A DNA stretch of 64,000 nt from an uncultured Actinomycetes bacterium (GTDB lineage Bacteria > Actinomycetota > UBA4738 > JBBDTT01). Location: positions 320,001 to 384,000 of the forward strand of contig CAVUMN010000003.1 in assembly GCA_963742735.1 (NCBI GenBank), written 5' to 3'. Every line of letters begins with the position of its first letter. The stretch's first letter is position 1. Positions 35,849 through 46,330 of the stretch are shown here, piece by piece. The notes under the pieces are model-generated. The model was not told the origin of the DNA. It worked only from the letters and a program-made list of their open reading frames with translations, and ran no database searches. Both the position numbers and the translations under genes were made by a program.

Positions 35849-37886
35849 CGCCCTCCTCGACGTCGACCGAGCCGGGCGGAGGCGGAAGGGAGACCTCCAG
35901 GGCCTCCCGCTTGGCCGCATCCGCGGCGGCCTCGGCGGCGGCGGCGCCCTGGGCGCGCTCCTCGAGGAGCTTGTCGACCTCGTCCTCGGAGGGGATCTCC
36001 GTCTCGCCGTCGATGAAGGCCTTGAGCTCCTCCCCCTCCATCACTTCCTTGGCCATGAGCAGCTTGGACAGGCGGGCGAGCATCTCGCTGCGCTCCTGCA
36101 GGATGGTCCGCGCGCGGCCGTGGGCCTCTTCGACCAGCCGGCTCACCTCGGCGTCGACTTTGCGCTGCATCTCCTCGGACATCTCGGGCCGGTCGTAGCC
36201 GAACAGGGGACGGCCGTCGGCGTTCCGGAACCCGTCCGAGGCGAACGACAGCGCGCCGATCACCTCGCTCATGCCGTACTCCACGATCATGGCCCGCGCG
36301 ATCTGGGTCGCGCGCATCAGGTCGTCCTGGGCGCCGGTGGAGATCTGCTTGAACGAGATCTCCTCCGCCGTCCGCCCGCCGAGTAGGATGGCCAGCCGGT
36401 CCTTCAGCTCGGGCTCGGTCAGGATGTAGCGGTCCTCGATCGGACGCTGCATGGTCATCCCGAGCGCGGCGGCCCCGCGGGGGATGATCGACACGCGGTG
36501 CAGGGGGTCGGCGGTGGGGACCGCGAGGGCCACCAGGGCGTGTCCCATCTCGTGGTGGGCGACGATCTCTCGCTGCTTCGGCGAGATGACGCGGCTCTTG
36601 CGCTCGAGCCCCCCGACCACGCGGTCGATGGCCTCCTCGAGCTCGGCCATCGTCACCGAGTTCTTCTCGCGGCGGGCGGCGAGCAGGGCCGCCTCGTTCA
36701 CCACGTTCGCCAGGTCCGCGCCGGTGAACCCGGGCGTCCGCGACGCGATGACGGAGAGGTCGACCTTGGGGTCGATCGCCACGCCGCGCGCATGGACCTC
36801 GAGGATCGCGGTGCGGCCACGGAGGTCGGGTCGGTCCACGATGACCTGCCGGTCGAACCGTCCGGGGCGCAGCAGCGCCGGGTCGAGCACGTCCCCTCGG
36901 TTCGTGGCGGCCATGATGATGACGCCCTTGCTGGTGTCGAAGCCGTCCATCTCGACGAGCAGCTGGTTGAGGGTCTGCTCGCGCTCGTCGTGCCCGCCCA
37001 GGGATCCCCCGAGGGCGCCGGCCCGGGTCTTGCCGATCGTGTCGAGCTCGTCGAGGAATACCAGGCACGGGGCCTTCTCCTTGGCCTGCTGGAACAGCTC
37101 GCGGACGCGAGCCGCCCCCAGGCCAACGAACATCTCCACGAACTCAGAGCCGGACATGTAGAAGAACGGCACCTTGGCCTCGCCGGCCACGGCCCGGGCC
37201 AGCAGGGTCTTGCCGCAGCCGGGCGGGCCGAGCAGCAGGACCCCCTTGGGGATCCGGCCGCCGAGGCGCTGGTACTTCTTGGGGTTCTTCAGGAAGTCCA
37301 CGATCTCGTGGAGCTCCTGGACCGCCTCGTCGACGCCCGCCACGTCCGAGAACGTCGTCTTCAGATCCTTGCGGTCGTAGATCTTGACCTTGTTGCGGCC
37401 CAGGTTGAGCGCGCCGGCGCCGGCACCGCCCATGGTTCGCCGGATGAAGAAGATGTAGAAGCCGATGATCAGGATGAAGGGCAGGATGTAGCCGAGCACC
37501 GTGCCCAGCAGGCCCGGCTGCACGCCCTTGACGCTGATGCCCTTCTCGGCCAGGTCGGTGGTGAGCCGCGTGGGGTCGTAGTTCGGGGGGATCGTGGCGG
37601 CGATCCGGCGCTCGCCCCCGTTCTCGAGCTCCTCGACGGCCACGATGTCGGAGGTCCCGATCTCGACGTCGCTGACCTTGCCGGCCTCCGCCAGCCTCAG
37701 GAACTCGCTGAACCCCACCTGCCGGGTCGTGGCCCGAAGCGGGTTGAGCAGCAGGACCAGCAGCAGGAGGGCGATGACCACGTAGCCGACGGAGAAGCGC
37801 ATGCGGCTCTTGCCCGGCCCGCCCTGCGAGCCCTGGCTCCCGCCCCCGAGGTCGAAGGGGAATCGGTTCTTCCGGTCATCAGGCAT
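35823..37886 (-). CDS. ftsH: ATP-dependent zinc metalloprotease FtsH
   Basis: [32 protein letters not shown] and HEMGH motifs. Confidence 0.97.
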   Translation of the reverse strand: MPDDRKNRFPFDLGGGSQGSQGGPGKSRMRFSVGYVVIALLLLVLLLNPLRATTRQVGFSEFLRLAEAGKVSDVEIGTSDIVAVEELENGGERRIAATIPPNYDPTRLTTDLAEKGISVKGVQPGLLGTVLGYILPFILIIGFYIFFIRRTMGGAGAGALNLGRNKVKIYDRKDLKTTFSDVAGVDEAVQELHEIVDFLKNPKKYQRLGGRIPKGVLLLGPPGCGKTLLARAVAGEAKVPFFYMSGSEFVEMFVGLGAARVRELFQQAKEKAPCLVFLDELDTIGKTRAGALGGSLGGHDEREQTLNQLLVEMDGFDTSKGVIIMAATNRGDVLDPALLRPGRFDRQVIVDRPDLRGRTAILEVHARGVAIDPKVDLSVIASRTPGFTGADLANVVNEAALLAARREKNSVTMAELEEAIDRVVGGLERKSRVISPKQREIVAHHEMGHALVALAVPTADPLHRVSIIPRGAAALGMTMQRPIEDRYILTEPELKDRLAILLGGRTAEEISFKQISTGAQDDLMRATQIARAMIVEYGMSEVIGALSFASDGFRNADGRPLFGYDRPEMSEEMQRKVDAEVSRLVEEAHGRARTILQERSEMLARLSKLLMAKEVMEGEELKAFIDGETEIPSEDEVDKLLEERAQGAAAAEAAADAAKREALEVSLPPPPGSVDVEEGVTRTNPDR

Positions 37887-37940
37887 GGCCTACATCTTCC
37901 CACCCGGTCGCCCATTAGGACATGGCGGTATCGTGGCCGG

Positions 37941-38522
37941 GTGAGTGACGCCCAGCCGGTCGAGGACGCTGATCTCCGGCAATCGTTCGAGGCGGAGGCC
38001 CTGCCCCTGCTGCCCGGCCTCTATCGCGCGGCCCTGCGCCTGACCCGGAACCCCACCGACGCCGAGGATCTCGTGCAGGAGGCCTACCTTCGCGCGTACC
38101 GGGGATTCCACCAGTTCACACCCGGGACCAACCTGAAAGCGTGGCTCTATCGGATCCTCACCAACCAGTTCATCAACACCTACCGCAAGAAGCAGCGCGA
38201 GCCGCAGACCGTCCCCGACGAGGAGGTCGAGGACTGGTACCTGTACAACCGGCTGGCCCGCGAGGCTCCCGATTCCTCGGCGGAGGCGGTGGTGCTGGAG
38301 TCCATGCCGGACGAGGACGTCCGGGCCGCCCTGGAGGCGCTTCCCGAGACGTATCGGGCGGCCGTTCTGCTCGCGGACGTCGAGGGGTTCTCCTACAAGG
38401 AGATCGCGGAGATCCTCGAGATTCCGATGGGCACCGTGATGTCGCGACTGCATCGCGGAAGGAAAGCGCTGGAGAAGGCGTTGTGGGAGAAGGTACGGGA
38501 GAGGGGCCTTGTCAGGGATTGA
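37941..38522 (+). CDS. sigH: ECF sigma factor, SigH/SigR-like
   Basis: [22 protein letters not shown] and [11 protein letters not shown]; followed by a ZAS anti-sigma gene. Confidence 0.88.
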   Translation: MSDAQPVEDADLRQSFEAEALPLLPGLYRAALRLTRNPTDAEDLVQEAYLRAYRGFHQFTPGTNLKAWLYRILTNQFINTYRKKQREPQTVPDEEVEDWYLYNRLAREAPDSSAEAVVLESMPDEDVRAALEALPETYRAAVLLADVEGFSYKEIAEILEIPMGTVMSRLHRGRKALEKALWEKVRERGLVRD

Positions 38523-38745
38523 CTGCGAAGCCGTGCTGCGCCAGGTGGAGCTCTACCTCGATGGTGAGCTCGAGACCGTGGCCTACAGCGAGCTCGAAGT
38601 GCACCTCACCGGGTGCTCTTCCTGCATGCACCGCGTGGAGTTCCGCAGCGCGCTGCGCCGGATCGTGAAGGCCAAGTGCGCCTCCGACCCGGTACCCGGA
38701 GACCTCATGCAGCGGATCCGCTCGTCTCTGTGGGACCAGGACTGA
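38509..38745 (+). CDS. rshA: Zinc-binding anti-sigma factor RshA/RsrA-like
   Basis: C..V...YLDGE...HLTGCSSC (HxxxCxxC). Confidence 0.85.
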   Translation: MSGIDCEAVLRQVELYLDGELETVAYSELEVHLTGCSSCMHRVEFRSALRRIVKAKCASDPVPGDLMQRIRSSLWDQD

Positions 38746-38814
38746 ACCCGGCCTTCCGGCGCGCCGAATACCCGAGCAAGGAGACGGCCGCTCCCCCCGA
38801 CGCGGCCCATCGCC

Positions 38815-39003
38815 ATGAAGGGAACCCGACCCGGCCATCACCCGCAGCCCTCCAAGCGGGCCGAGCGCGCCTCCCGGGCGTGCGAGGAGCCCGGATGCGA
38901 CACGCGCCTGTCGGCATACAACCTCGGAACCCACTGCTGGCAGCACACCGAGCTGACCTTCCCGAACTACCGCGGCAAGCGCCTGGCCGACGGTCGGGCT
39001 TGA
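38815..39003 (+). CDS. Small Cys/His protein (putative zinc finger)
   Basis: CEEPGC...CWQH; 62 aa. Confidence 0.6.
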   Translation: MKGTRPGHHPQPSKRAERASRACEEPGCDTRLSAYNLGTHCWQHTELTFPNYRGKRLADGRA

Positions 39004-39147
39004 CCGGTTCCGGTTCTCTGCCCGTCATTCGCTGATAGGCTCGTTCGCAGGGTTCGGCCCGGGTAACCCCTGAGGGAGCCGTTTCCGGTTCGCCGTGGGG
39101 TTGTGAAACAATGCAACCACCTATCCGGGTCCCCCAAGGAGCCGAAA

Positions 39148-39345
39148 ATGGCCCAGAAACGAGCCCCCGCCCCGAAGTACCTCAAGACCGCCGAGGTCGC
39201 GGAGATCCTGCACGTCTCCCCGAAGACCGTCACGCGGTGGGCCAAGGACGGGAAGCTGCCACACTCGCGGACGCTCGGCGGCCATCGCCGGTTTCCGAGC
39301 GAGCGCATCCAAGAGCTGGCCGACGAGCTGATCGAGTCCGTCTAG
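39148..39345 (+). CDS. bldC: BldC-family MerR-like DNA-binding protein
   Basis: TAEVAEILHVSPKTVTRWAKDGKL..RTLGGHRRF; AAGGAG RBS. Confidence 0.88.
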   Translation: MAQKRAPAPKYLKTAEVAEILHVSPKTVTRWAKDGKLPHSRTLGGHRRFPSERIQELADELIESV

Positions 39346-39397
39346 CCCGCATCGGCGCCTCTGACCTCCCCGCGGTGGCCGGGGTATCTTCCTGCCC

Positions 39398-40714
39398 GTG
39401 TTCGGCAAGGTCCTGGTCGCCAACCGCGGTGAGATCGCCTGCCGCGTGCTCCGCACCCTCCACCGGCTCGGGGTAGCCGGCGTCGGCGTGTACTCCGACG
39501 CCGACGCCCAGGCCAAGCACGTTCGCGAGGCCGCCGAGTCGGTGCGGATCGGCGAGCCTCCGGCCACGGTGTCCTATCTGAACCCCGCCGCGATCGTGGA
39601 TGCGGCCCTGGCGAGCGGCGCGGAGGCCATCCATCCCGGCTACGGATTCCTCTCCGAGAACGCGATGTTCGCTCGGGCGGTGGCCGACGCCGGGCTGGTG
39701 TTCATCGGCCCGCCCCCCGAGGTGCTCGAGCTCTCCGGCGACAAGGTGGCCGCCCGCAAGGCGTTCGACGCGGCGGGGTTCCCGGTGCTTCCCGGAGGTG
39801 GGCCGTACGAGACCCCGGAGGAGGCGCTGGCCGCGTCCGCGGAGGTCGGCTTCCCGATCATGGTGAAGGCGACGTCGGGCGGCGGCGGGATCGGCATGGG
39901 CATCGCCGAGGACGAGACGGAGCTCGTCAAGCAGGTCGAGACGGCCTCCACCCGGGGGGAGCGGTTCTTCTCCGACGCCTCCGTCTACCTGGAGCGGTAC
40001 GTGCCGGGAGGCCGGCACATCGAGGTGCAGATCTTGGCCGACGACGCCCGGACGCTGCACCTGTACGAGCGCGAGTGCTCGGTCCAGCGGCGGCACCAGA
40101 AGGTGGTGGAGGAGTCGCCGTCGCCGGCGCTCGACGAGCCGCTGCGCGAGGAGATCTGCCGGGCCGCGGTGGCCGCGATGGAGTCGATCGGGTATCGCGG
40201 CGCCGGAACCGTCGAGTGCATCCTGACGCGCGACCGCGAGTTCTTCTTCCTGGAGGTCAACGCGCGACTGCAGGTCGAGCACCCCGTCACCGAGATGCTC
40301 ACGGGGCTCGACCTGGTCGAGGAGCAGCTGCGGATCGCCGCCGGCGAGGGCATGTCGATCGAGGACACTCCGTCGAAGAGCGGGCACGCGATCGAGTTCC
40401 GCCTCTACGCGGAGGATCCCCGAACCTTCCTGCCCGCCCCGGGCCGCGTCGAACGGCTCGTCCTGCCCGAGGACCCCGGGCGATGGCGGTACGACTTCGG
40501 GTACGACGAGGGGGACGAGGTGCCGATGTTCTACGACCCGCTGATCGGCAAGATCATCGTGCACGGCGACGAGCGGACCGATTCGTTGGACGGTACGCCG
40601 CTGGACCTCGTGGAGATCGAGGGCCTGAAGACCAACCTTCCCGCGCTGCGGACCGTCCTCGCCGGAGAGCGGTTCCGGTCGGGGGAGTACGACACCGGGT
40701 TGCTGGGACGATGA
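39398..40714 (+). CDS. Biotin carboxylase subunit (no fused BCCP)
   Basis: KVLVANRGEIA, HPGYGFLSEN, RECSVQRRHQK and EVNARLQVEH motifs. Confidence 0.93.
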   Translation: MFGKVLVANRGEIACRVLRTLHRLGVAGVGVYSDADAQAKHVREAAESVRIGEPPATVSYLNPAAIVDAALASGAEAIHPGYGFLSENAMFARAVADAGLVFIGPPPEVLELSGDKVAARKAFDAAGFPVLPGGGPYETPEEALAASAEVGFPIMVKATSGGGGIGMGIAEDETELVKQVETASTRGERFFSDASVYLERYVPGGRHIEVQILADDARTLHLYERECSVQRRHQKVVEESPSPALDEPLREEICRAAVAAMESIGYRGAGTVECILTRDREFFFLEVNARLQVEHPVTEMLTGLDLVEEQLRIAAGEGMSIEDTPSKSGHAIEFRLYAEDPRTFLPAPGRVERLVLPEDPGRWRYDFGYDEGDEVPMFYDPLIGKIIVHGDERTDSLDGTPLDLVEIEGLKTNLPALRTVLAGERFRSGEYDTGLLGR

Positions 40715-41493
40715 GCGACGACGTCGTCCTCTACGAGGTGCGTGGGGCGTCGGCGTGGGTCACGATCAACCGGCCGGAGTCCCGCAACGCCCTGAACCCG
40801 GACGTCATGTCCGGACTGGCCGACGCGGTGGAGCGTGCCGGGGCCGACGAGTCGCTGCGGGCGGTGGTGCTCACCGGGGCGGGTGACCGAGCCTTCTCAG
40901 CAGGCGGCGATCTCGGGGGGTTCGCGCCGGATACCTCGAAGGTGGCCCAGCACGGCGCCCGCGGGGCGATGGCTCGGTTGCTCGAGGCGCTGCAGGACTG
41001 TCCCCTCCCGGTGATCGCCCGGGTGCGGGGCCGGTGCCTGGCCGGGGGGTTCGGCCTGGCGCTGGGCTGTGACCTGATCGTCGCCGCGGACGACGCCGAG
41101 TTCGGCACGCCGGAGATCGACATCGGGCTGTGGCCGTACATGATCACCGCGGTCATCCAGCGGAACATGCCTCGGAAGGTGGCCCTCGACCTCATGCTGA
41201 CCGGGCGCCGGATGGACGCCGCCGAGGCGGCGAGGTGGGGGATCGTGAACCGGGTCGTTCCGTCCGATGGTCTGGACGGCGCGGTGGACGAGCTGGTCGC
41301 CGTGCTGGCCGGCAAGAGCCCGCTCATCCTCCGGCTCGGGAAGGGCTCGTTCTACCGCGCCCAGGACATGACCTTCTCCGACGCCCTCGCGTTCCTCCAC
41401 TCGATGCTCACGGTCAACCTCGAGGCCGAAGACGTCGTCGAGGGAATCACCGCGTTCATGCAGAAGCGTCCCCCCGACTGGAAGGGTCGCTAG
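40711..41493 (+). CDS. Enoyl-CoA hydratase/isomerase
   Basis: TINRPESRNAL, FSAGGDL, GGFGLALGCD. Confidence 0.92.
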   Translation: MSDDVVLYEVRGASAWVTINRPESRNALNPDVMSGLADAVERAGADESLRAVVLTGAGDRAFSAGGDLGGFAPDTSKVAQHGARGAMARLLEALQDCPLPVIARVRGRCLAGGFGLALGCDLIVAADDAEFGTPEIDIGLWPYMITAVIQRNMPRKVALDLMLTGRRMDAAEAARWGIVNRVVPSDGLDGAVDELVAVLAGKSPLILRLGKGSFYRAQDMTFSDALAFLHSMLTVNLEAEDVVEGITAFMQKRPPDWKGR

Positions 41494-41585
41494 GACCACC
41501 CGAGCGGGCTCTTGACCGGCCGGCCTCGGCCTGATATTCCACATCGCATTTCGCCGGCCGGCCCGATCGAGCAGGGAGGCGCCTC

Positions 41586-42350
41586 ATGGCCACGGTCATC
41601 GACAACGTCAAGCGCGCGAAGAAGGGGCTTCCCGAGAAGGGGCAGCTCGTGATCGACAACGGCGTCGTCGAATGGCGAGGCGAGAAGGACGGGATCAAGA
41701 CGCTGAGCGACGTCAAGGGCGTCGGGGTCTCGCTGAGCGCGCCCGGGGCCGTCGTCATCACCTATGGGGATCCCCAGCAGCAGGAGCAGTTCATCGACTT
41801 CAGGCGCGGGGCGCTGAAGACCCAGGGCCAGGCGAAGGTGCTCGAGCAGGACATCCGCGATGCTCTCGGACTGACGGCGGCATCGGCGGTGCCGTCCGAC
41901 CCCGTGGCGGCCGGCAACTTCCAGCGGATGGCGGCCCAGGCCGAGAAGTCGGCGGGAGCCAAGGGGATGATCTTCGGGGCGATCGCGCTCGCCGTCGGGA
42001 TCGGGATCACCGTCGTCACCTACGGGAACGCGTCCAGCAGCCCCTCCGGCGGCAGGTACATCGTCGCGTGGGGGCCGATGCTGTTCGGGTTCATCGCGTT
42101 CGTGCAAGGGTTGTTCCGCTTCGTGAAGGGCAACGGCCAGCTCGCCAGGGCCGGCATGGCGCCGGCCGCGCAGACCGCGCCGCCCCCCACGGGGCCGCCG
42201 GTCGCCCCGCCCCCACCGGCCGCGCCGGCTCCCGCCGACGCCGCGCCCGCGTATCCGCCTCAGGCCGCTCCGCCCCCGCCCCCGCCGATGTCGACGCCGG
42301 TGATCCTGCCGCCGCCCTCCGCGCCGCCCCCTCCGCCACCCGCGCCCTGA
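41586..42350 (+). CDS. Membrane protein with Pro-rich tail
   Basis: Two TM helices (GGRYIVAWGPMLFG); GGGAGG RBS. Confidence 0.7.
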   Translation: MATVIDNVKRAKKGLPEKGQLVIDNGVVEWRGEKDGIKTLSDVKGVGVSLSAPGAVVITYGDPQQQEQFIDFRRGALKTQGQAKVLEQDIRDALGLTAASAVPSDPVAAGNFQRMAAQAEKSAGAKGMIFGAIALAVGIGITVVTYGNASSSPSGGRYIVAWGPMLFGFIAFVQGLFRFVKGNGQLARAGMAPAAQTAPPPTGPPVAPPPPAAPAPADAAPAYPPQAAPPPPPPMSTPVILPPPSAPPPPPPAP

Positions 42351-42447
42351 GGCGTGCCGGCGGGGGGCCGGGCTACAGTAGGCGCGAGCGGGCCCCGGAA
42401 AGCATCGGGGGTTGAGCCTCCGGCGACGGGCCCCGAGGAGGTGAACG

Positions 42448-44100
42448 ATGGCGGACCCCACGCCGTCTCCCGTTGCATCCGAGGGTGGCGAAGCGCCCGT
42501 GAGCACACCGGCGAAGCCCGCCCCAACCCTGACCTATTCCGGCCCGACGATGGCCGAGGCCACGGCGGATCTCCACCGGCGCCGCGACGACGCGCGCCAG
42601 ATGGGCGGCCCCGAGCGCATCGAGCGGCAGCATGCCGGCGGCAAGCTGACCGTTCGTGAGCGCCTCGAGCGGCTGTACGACGAGGGCTCGTTCCTCGAGT
42701 TCGGGATGCTGGCGCACCACCAGTCGGCGTCGCCGGCGATGCAGGGCAAGAACACGCCCGCCGACGGGGTCGTGTGCGGCATCGGCACGATCGACGGCCG
42801 CCGCGTCGCCCTGATCGCGTACGACTTCACGGTGATGGCCGGCTCGATCGGCATGGTCGGGGAGCTCAAGGCGACCCGGATGCGCGAGCTCGCGCTCAAG
42901 GAACGGATCCCCATCGTGTGGCTGATCGACTCGGCCGGCGCCCGCATCCAGGAGGCCGCCGGCTCGATGTTCGCCCGCACCGGCGACCTGTTCAAGGAGC
43001 AGGTCCACATGAGCGGGGTGATTCCACAGGTCTCCGCGATGATGGGCCCCGGCGCCGCAGGGACGGCGTACATCCCCGGGCTCGCCGACTTCGTGCCGAT
43101 GGTCAAGGGCACCTCGAACATGGCCCTCGGAGGACCGCACCTGGTGAAGGCGGCGGTGGGCGAGGACGTCACCGCCGAGGACATGGGCGGCTCCGCGGTG
43201 CACAACAAGGTCTCCGGCGTGGCGGACCTCGAGGTCGCCGACGACGACGCCTGCCTGGAGGCCGTGCGCACCTACCTGTCGTTCTTCCCGTCCTCGAATC
43301 TGGAGAAGCCGCCGATCCGGGAGACGTCCGACCCCATCGATCGCCGATGCGACCTGCTGCTCGATCTGGTCCCGGCCAACCCGCGGCAGGCGTACGACAT
43401 GCGCAAGCTCATCGCGGAGGTCGTGGACGACCACGAGTTCTTCCCGATGAAGCCGGACTGGGCCCGCAACCTGATCACGGGCTTCGCCCGAATCGGTGGA
43501 CGGCCGGTGGGGATCGTGGGCAACCAGCCGATGTTCCTGGGCGGCGCCCTGGATGTGAACTCCGCGGACAAGGCGGCCCGGTTCGTGTGGCTCTGCGACG
43601 CCTTCCATGTCCCGCTCGTCTTCCTGATGGACTGCCCCGGGTTCCTGGTCGGCTCGGCGGTCGAGAAGCAGGGGATCATCCGCCACGGCGCCAAGATGCT
43701 GTTCGCGGTGGCCGAGGCCACCGTCCCGAAGGTCACGGTGGTGATCCGCAAGGGCTACGGCGCCGGCTACTACGTGATGAACGGGCGGGCGTACGAGCCC
43801 GACATGATCGTCGCGTGGCCGACCGCGGAGATCTCGGTGATGGGCCCCGAGGGCGCGGTGAACATCATCTTCCGCAAGCAGATCGAGGCCGCGCCGCCGG
43901 AGCAGCAGGACGAGATGCGGGACTCGCTGATCAACACGATCCGGGAGCAGATCAACCCCTACGTGGCGGCGGGCTGGTCGTTCGTGGACGACCTCATCGA
44001 TCCCGCCGACACCCGGACCGTGCTCGCTCGAGCGCTCGCGTTCGCCGAGACCAAGGTGGTCGAGCGGCCCTGGCGGAAGCACGGGGTGCTGCCGGTCTGA
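42448..44100 (+). CDS. Acyl-CoA carboxylase carboxyltransferase (beta) subunit; start may be at 42499
   Basis: GKLTVRERL, DSAGARIQE, KAARFV and RKGYGAG motifs. Confidence 0.93.
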   Translation: MADPTPSPVASEGGEAPVSTPAKPAPTLTYSGPTMAEATADLHRRRDDARQMGGPERIERQHAGGKLTVRERLERLYDEGSFLEFGMLAHHQSASPAMQGKNTPADGVVCGIGTIDGRRVALIAYDFTVMAGSIGMVGELKATRMRELALKERIPIVWLIDSAGARIQEAAGSMFARTGDLFKEQVHMSGVIPQVSAMMGPGAAGTAYIPGLADFVPMVKGTSNMALGGPHLVKAAVGEDVTAEDMGGSAVHNKVSGVADLEVADDDACLEAVRTYLSFFPSSNLEKPPIRETSDPIDRRCDLLLDLVPANPRQAYDMRKLIAEVVDDHEFFPMKPDWARNLITGFARIGGRPVGIVGNQPMFLGGALDVNSADKAARFVWLCDAFHVPLVFLMDCPGFLVGSAVEKQGIIRHGAKMLFAVAEATVPKVTVVIRKGYGAGYYVMNGRAYEPDMIVAWPTAEISVMGPEGAVNIIFRKQIEAAPPEQQDEMRDSLINTIREQINPYVAAGWSFVDDLIDPADTRTVLARALAFAETKVVERPWRKHGVLPV

Positions 44101-44921
44101 GCGCCGTCCCGGCCGAGGCCTCGCCGGACGAGCTCGTCGCCGGCATCGAAGCGCACCATCGCGAGCTCTCGGCGAAGTGGGCGAGGGCGCAGGGAGGCGT
44201 CGTCGACGACCGGCCTCAGCTGGTGCGGACGGTGGTCGGGCTCCCCGTGTCCTACACCAACCAGATCAACGCCGCGCGCCTCACGCCGGATGACGCCGAC
44301 GCCGAGATCGCCGCCACCGAGGCGTTGCTGGAGGGCCACGGCGTGCCCGGGATGTGGGTGGTCGGCCCCCTCAGCACGCCGGCGGATCTTGGCGAACGCC
44401 TGGTGCGGCGAGGATGGGTGCACGACGAGGACCTCCCGTGGATGGCCGCGCCGATCTCCCGGCTGCTCGAGCCCGGCCCCGAGGCCCCGCCGGGGCTGCG
44501 GGTGGAGGTCGTGGACGACGACCACGCGCAGGCCCGGTGGCTCTCGGTGATGAGCGATGGGTTCGGGATGGACGCGAACGGGCGGGAGGCGATGTCGCGG
44601 CTGGCGGCGGCGGTCGGGTACGGCGAGGACCGCCCCTGGCGGCGGTTCGTGGGCTCGATCGACGGACGTCCGGTCGGCAGCGCCGGGCTGATGACCACCG
44701 AGCGGGTGGCCGGCGTGTACAACGTGGCGACGGTCCCCGACGCCCGTCGGCTGGGCGTGGGCGCCGCGATGACCGCCGTCGCCCTCAGGGAGGGCCGGTC
44801 CCGGGGCTTCGAGGTCGCCGTCCTGGGCGCCTCCACCAAGGGCTATGGGGTCTACCGGCGGATGGGCTTCGCCGAGGTCTGCCGGGTCGGCCTGTACGAC
44901 TGGACGCCGCCGCCGGGCTAG
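44097..44921 (+). CDS. GNAT family N-acetyltransferase (start uncertain, possibly CTG)
   Basis: VYNVATVPDARRLGVG...GYGVYRRMGF. Confidence 0.8.
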   Translation: MSAVPAEASPDELVAGIEAHHRELSAKWARAQGGVVDDRPQLVRTVVGLPVSYTNQINAARLTPDDADAEIAATEALLEGHGVPGMWVVGPLSTPADLGERLVRRGWVHDEDLPWMAAPISRLLEPGPEAPPGLRVEVVDDDHAQARWLSVMSDGFGMDANGREAMSRLAAAVGYGEDRPWRRFVGSIDGRPVGSAGLMTTERVAGVYNVATVPDARRLGVGAAMTAVALREGRSRGFEVAVLGASTKGYGVYRRMGFAEVCRVGLYDWTPPPG

Positions 44922-45658
44922 GCGTCGGGGGGCGACAGCAGATACGCGGAGGCCTCCCGATCGAACGCCGTCGCCACCAGGCCGGCGGCCATCGCCGCCT
45001 GCAGCTCGTCCGCGACCGAGTCCCGGAGGGCTCGGGCCCCCTCCGGATCGGAGATGCGCAGCGCCTCGTGGTCGGCCGGGATGGTCACCCGCGCGGTCAC
45101 CTCGGCCACCTCGCGCGGGCCCGGCGCTCCGTGGAGGTCCCACCGAACCTCCAGTCGGTCCGATCGCTGGCCACGGTTCACGTCGTCGTCCATGTCGCCG
45201 TAGTAGTGCTTGTGGAAGCGGTCCGCCACCGTCCCCAGGATCTGGAGGTTGAAGTACGCGTTGCGGGCGATGAGCGGATCGAACGTCCAGCGCATCGTGC
45301 CGATGCCCTGTTTCAGGGCCCACGCGCGCTGGGCCAGCTTCAGGGCTCGGCCCACGCCCCTGGACCGCTCGCCCCCGGTGACGGCGAGCTGATGGGAGTG
45401 CACGTGGAGCCCGTCCTCGCCCGCCCCGATGAACCCCAGGACGAACCCAACGACCTCCTCGCCGGCGAAGGCGCCCAAGGGGGGGATCCCGGCTCCCTGG
45501 AAGGCGCGGATCACCTCCCGGGGCACCAGCTGGCCGTCGCCCCACGCCTCTCGTTGGAGCCGGACGACCGCGCCCGCCTCGTCGAGGGTGGTGAGGGTCC
45601 GGATATCCACGCCGGCCTCCCCGGCGGCGAGCCGGGCGGCTTCGTGGGGATCGTCCAT
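44918..45658 (-). CDS. GNAT family acetyltransferase (COG3375-like)
   Basis: HSHQLAV, GVGRALKLAQR and WTFDPLIARNAYFN motifs. Confidence 0.85.
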   Translation of the reverse strand: MDDPHEAARLAAGEAGVDIRTLTTLDEAGAVVRLQREAWGDGQLVPREVIRAFQGAGIPPLGAFAGEEVVGFVLGFIGAGEDGLHVHSHQLAVTGGERSRGVGRALKLAQRAWALKQGIGTMRWTFDPLIARNAYFNLQILGTVADRFHKHYYGDMDDDVNRGQRSDRLEVRWDLHGAPGPREVAEVTARVTIPADHEALRISDPEGARALRDSVADELQAAMAAGLVATAFDREASAYLLSPPDA

Positions 45659-45698
45659 GGCCGGCGAGTGTAGCCCCGCCGGCGGTACCCTCCTGGCG

Positions 45699-46298
45699 AT
45701 GGCGACCGACGAGCCCCACCTCGTGATGCACGAGCTGCACCGCCGGGCGGGGGAGACCTTCAACGCAGTTCTCCGGCAGGCGAACGGGACGGACTGGCAT
45801 GCCCCGACGCCGTGCGGGGAATGGGACGTTCGCGAGCTCGTTCACCATGTGGTCTCCGGCAACCTCTGGGTGCCCCCACTCGTGGCCGGCGAGAGCCTCG
45901 CCGAGGCGGGAGCACGCCTCGACGGCGACCTGCTCGGGGACGATCCGATCGGGGTCGGGCTGGCCTCGACCGTGGCGGCCACCGCGGCGTTCGATGAGCC
46001 CGGCGCCCTGGAGCGAACGGTGGAGCTCTCGCGCGGGCCGTCTCCGGCCCTGGACTACTGCGCCGAGCGGATGAACGACCTGGCGATCCACGCCTGGGAC
46101 CTGGCCGCGGCCCTCGGGGTCACCGTCGAGCTCGACCGCGAGTGCATGGCCGCGGCGACGGCGTACCACCGGCCGCAGGAGGCAGTGGGGCGGCCCGCAG
46201 GGATGTTCGGTCCGCCGGTCGATGTCGCGCCGGACGCCGATCCACAGACCCGCTTCCTGGCGTTCTGGGGCCGACGCGCCGACTGGGCCCCCGAATAG
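45699..46298 (+). CDS. TIGR03086/MDMPI-family metal-binding protein
   Basis: PTPCGEWDVRELVHH, IHAWDLA and FLAFWGR motifs. Confidence 0.88.
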   Translation: MATDEPHLVMHELHRRAGETFNAVLRQANGTDWHAPTPCGEWDVRELVHHVVSGNLWVPPLVAGESLAEAGARLDGDLLGDDPIGVGLASTVAATAAFDEPGALERTVELSRGPSPALDYCAERMNDLAIHAWDLAAALGVTVELDRECMAAATAYHRPQEAVGRPAGMFGPPVDVAPDADPQTRFLAFWGRRADWAPE

Positions 46299-46330
46299 CG
46301 CCGGGTCCCCGCGGGGCCTAGAGTCTGGCC

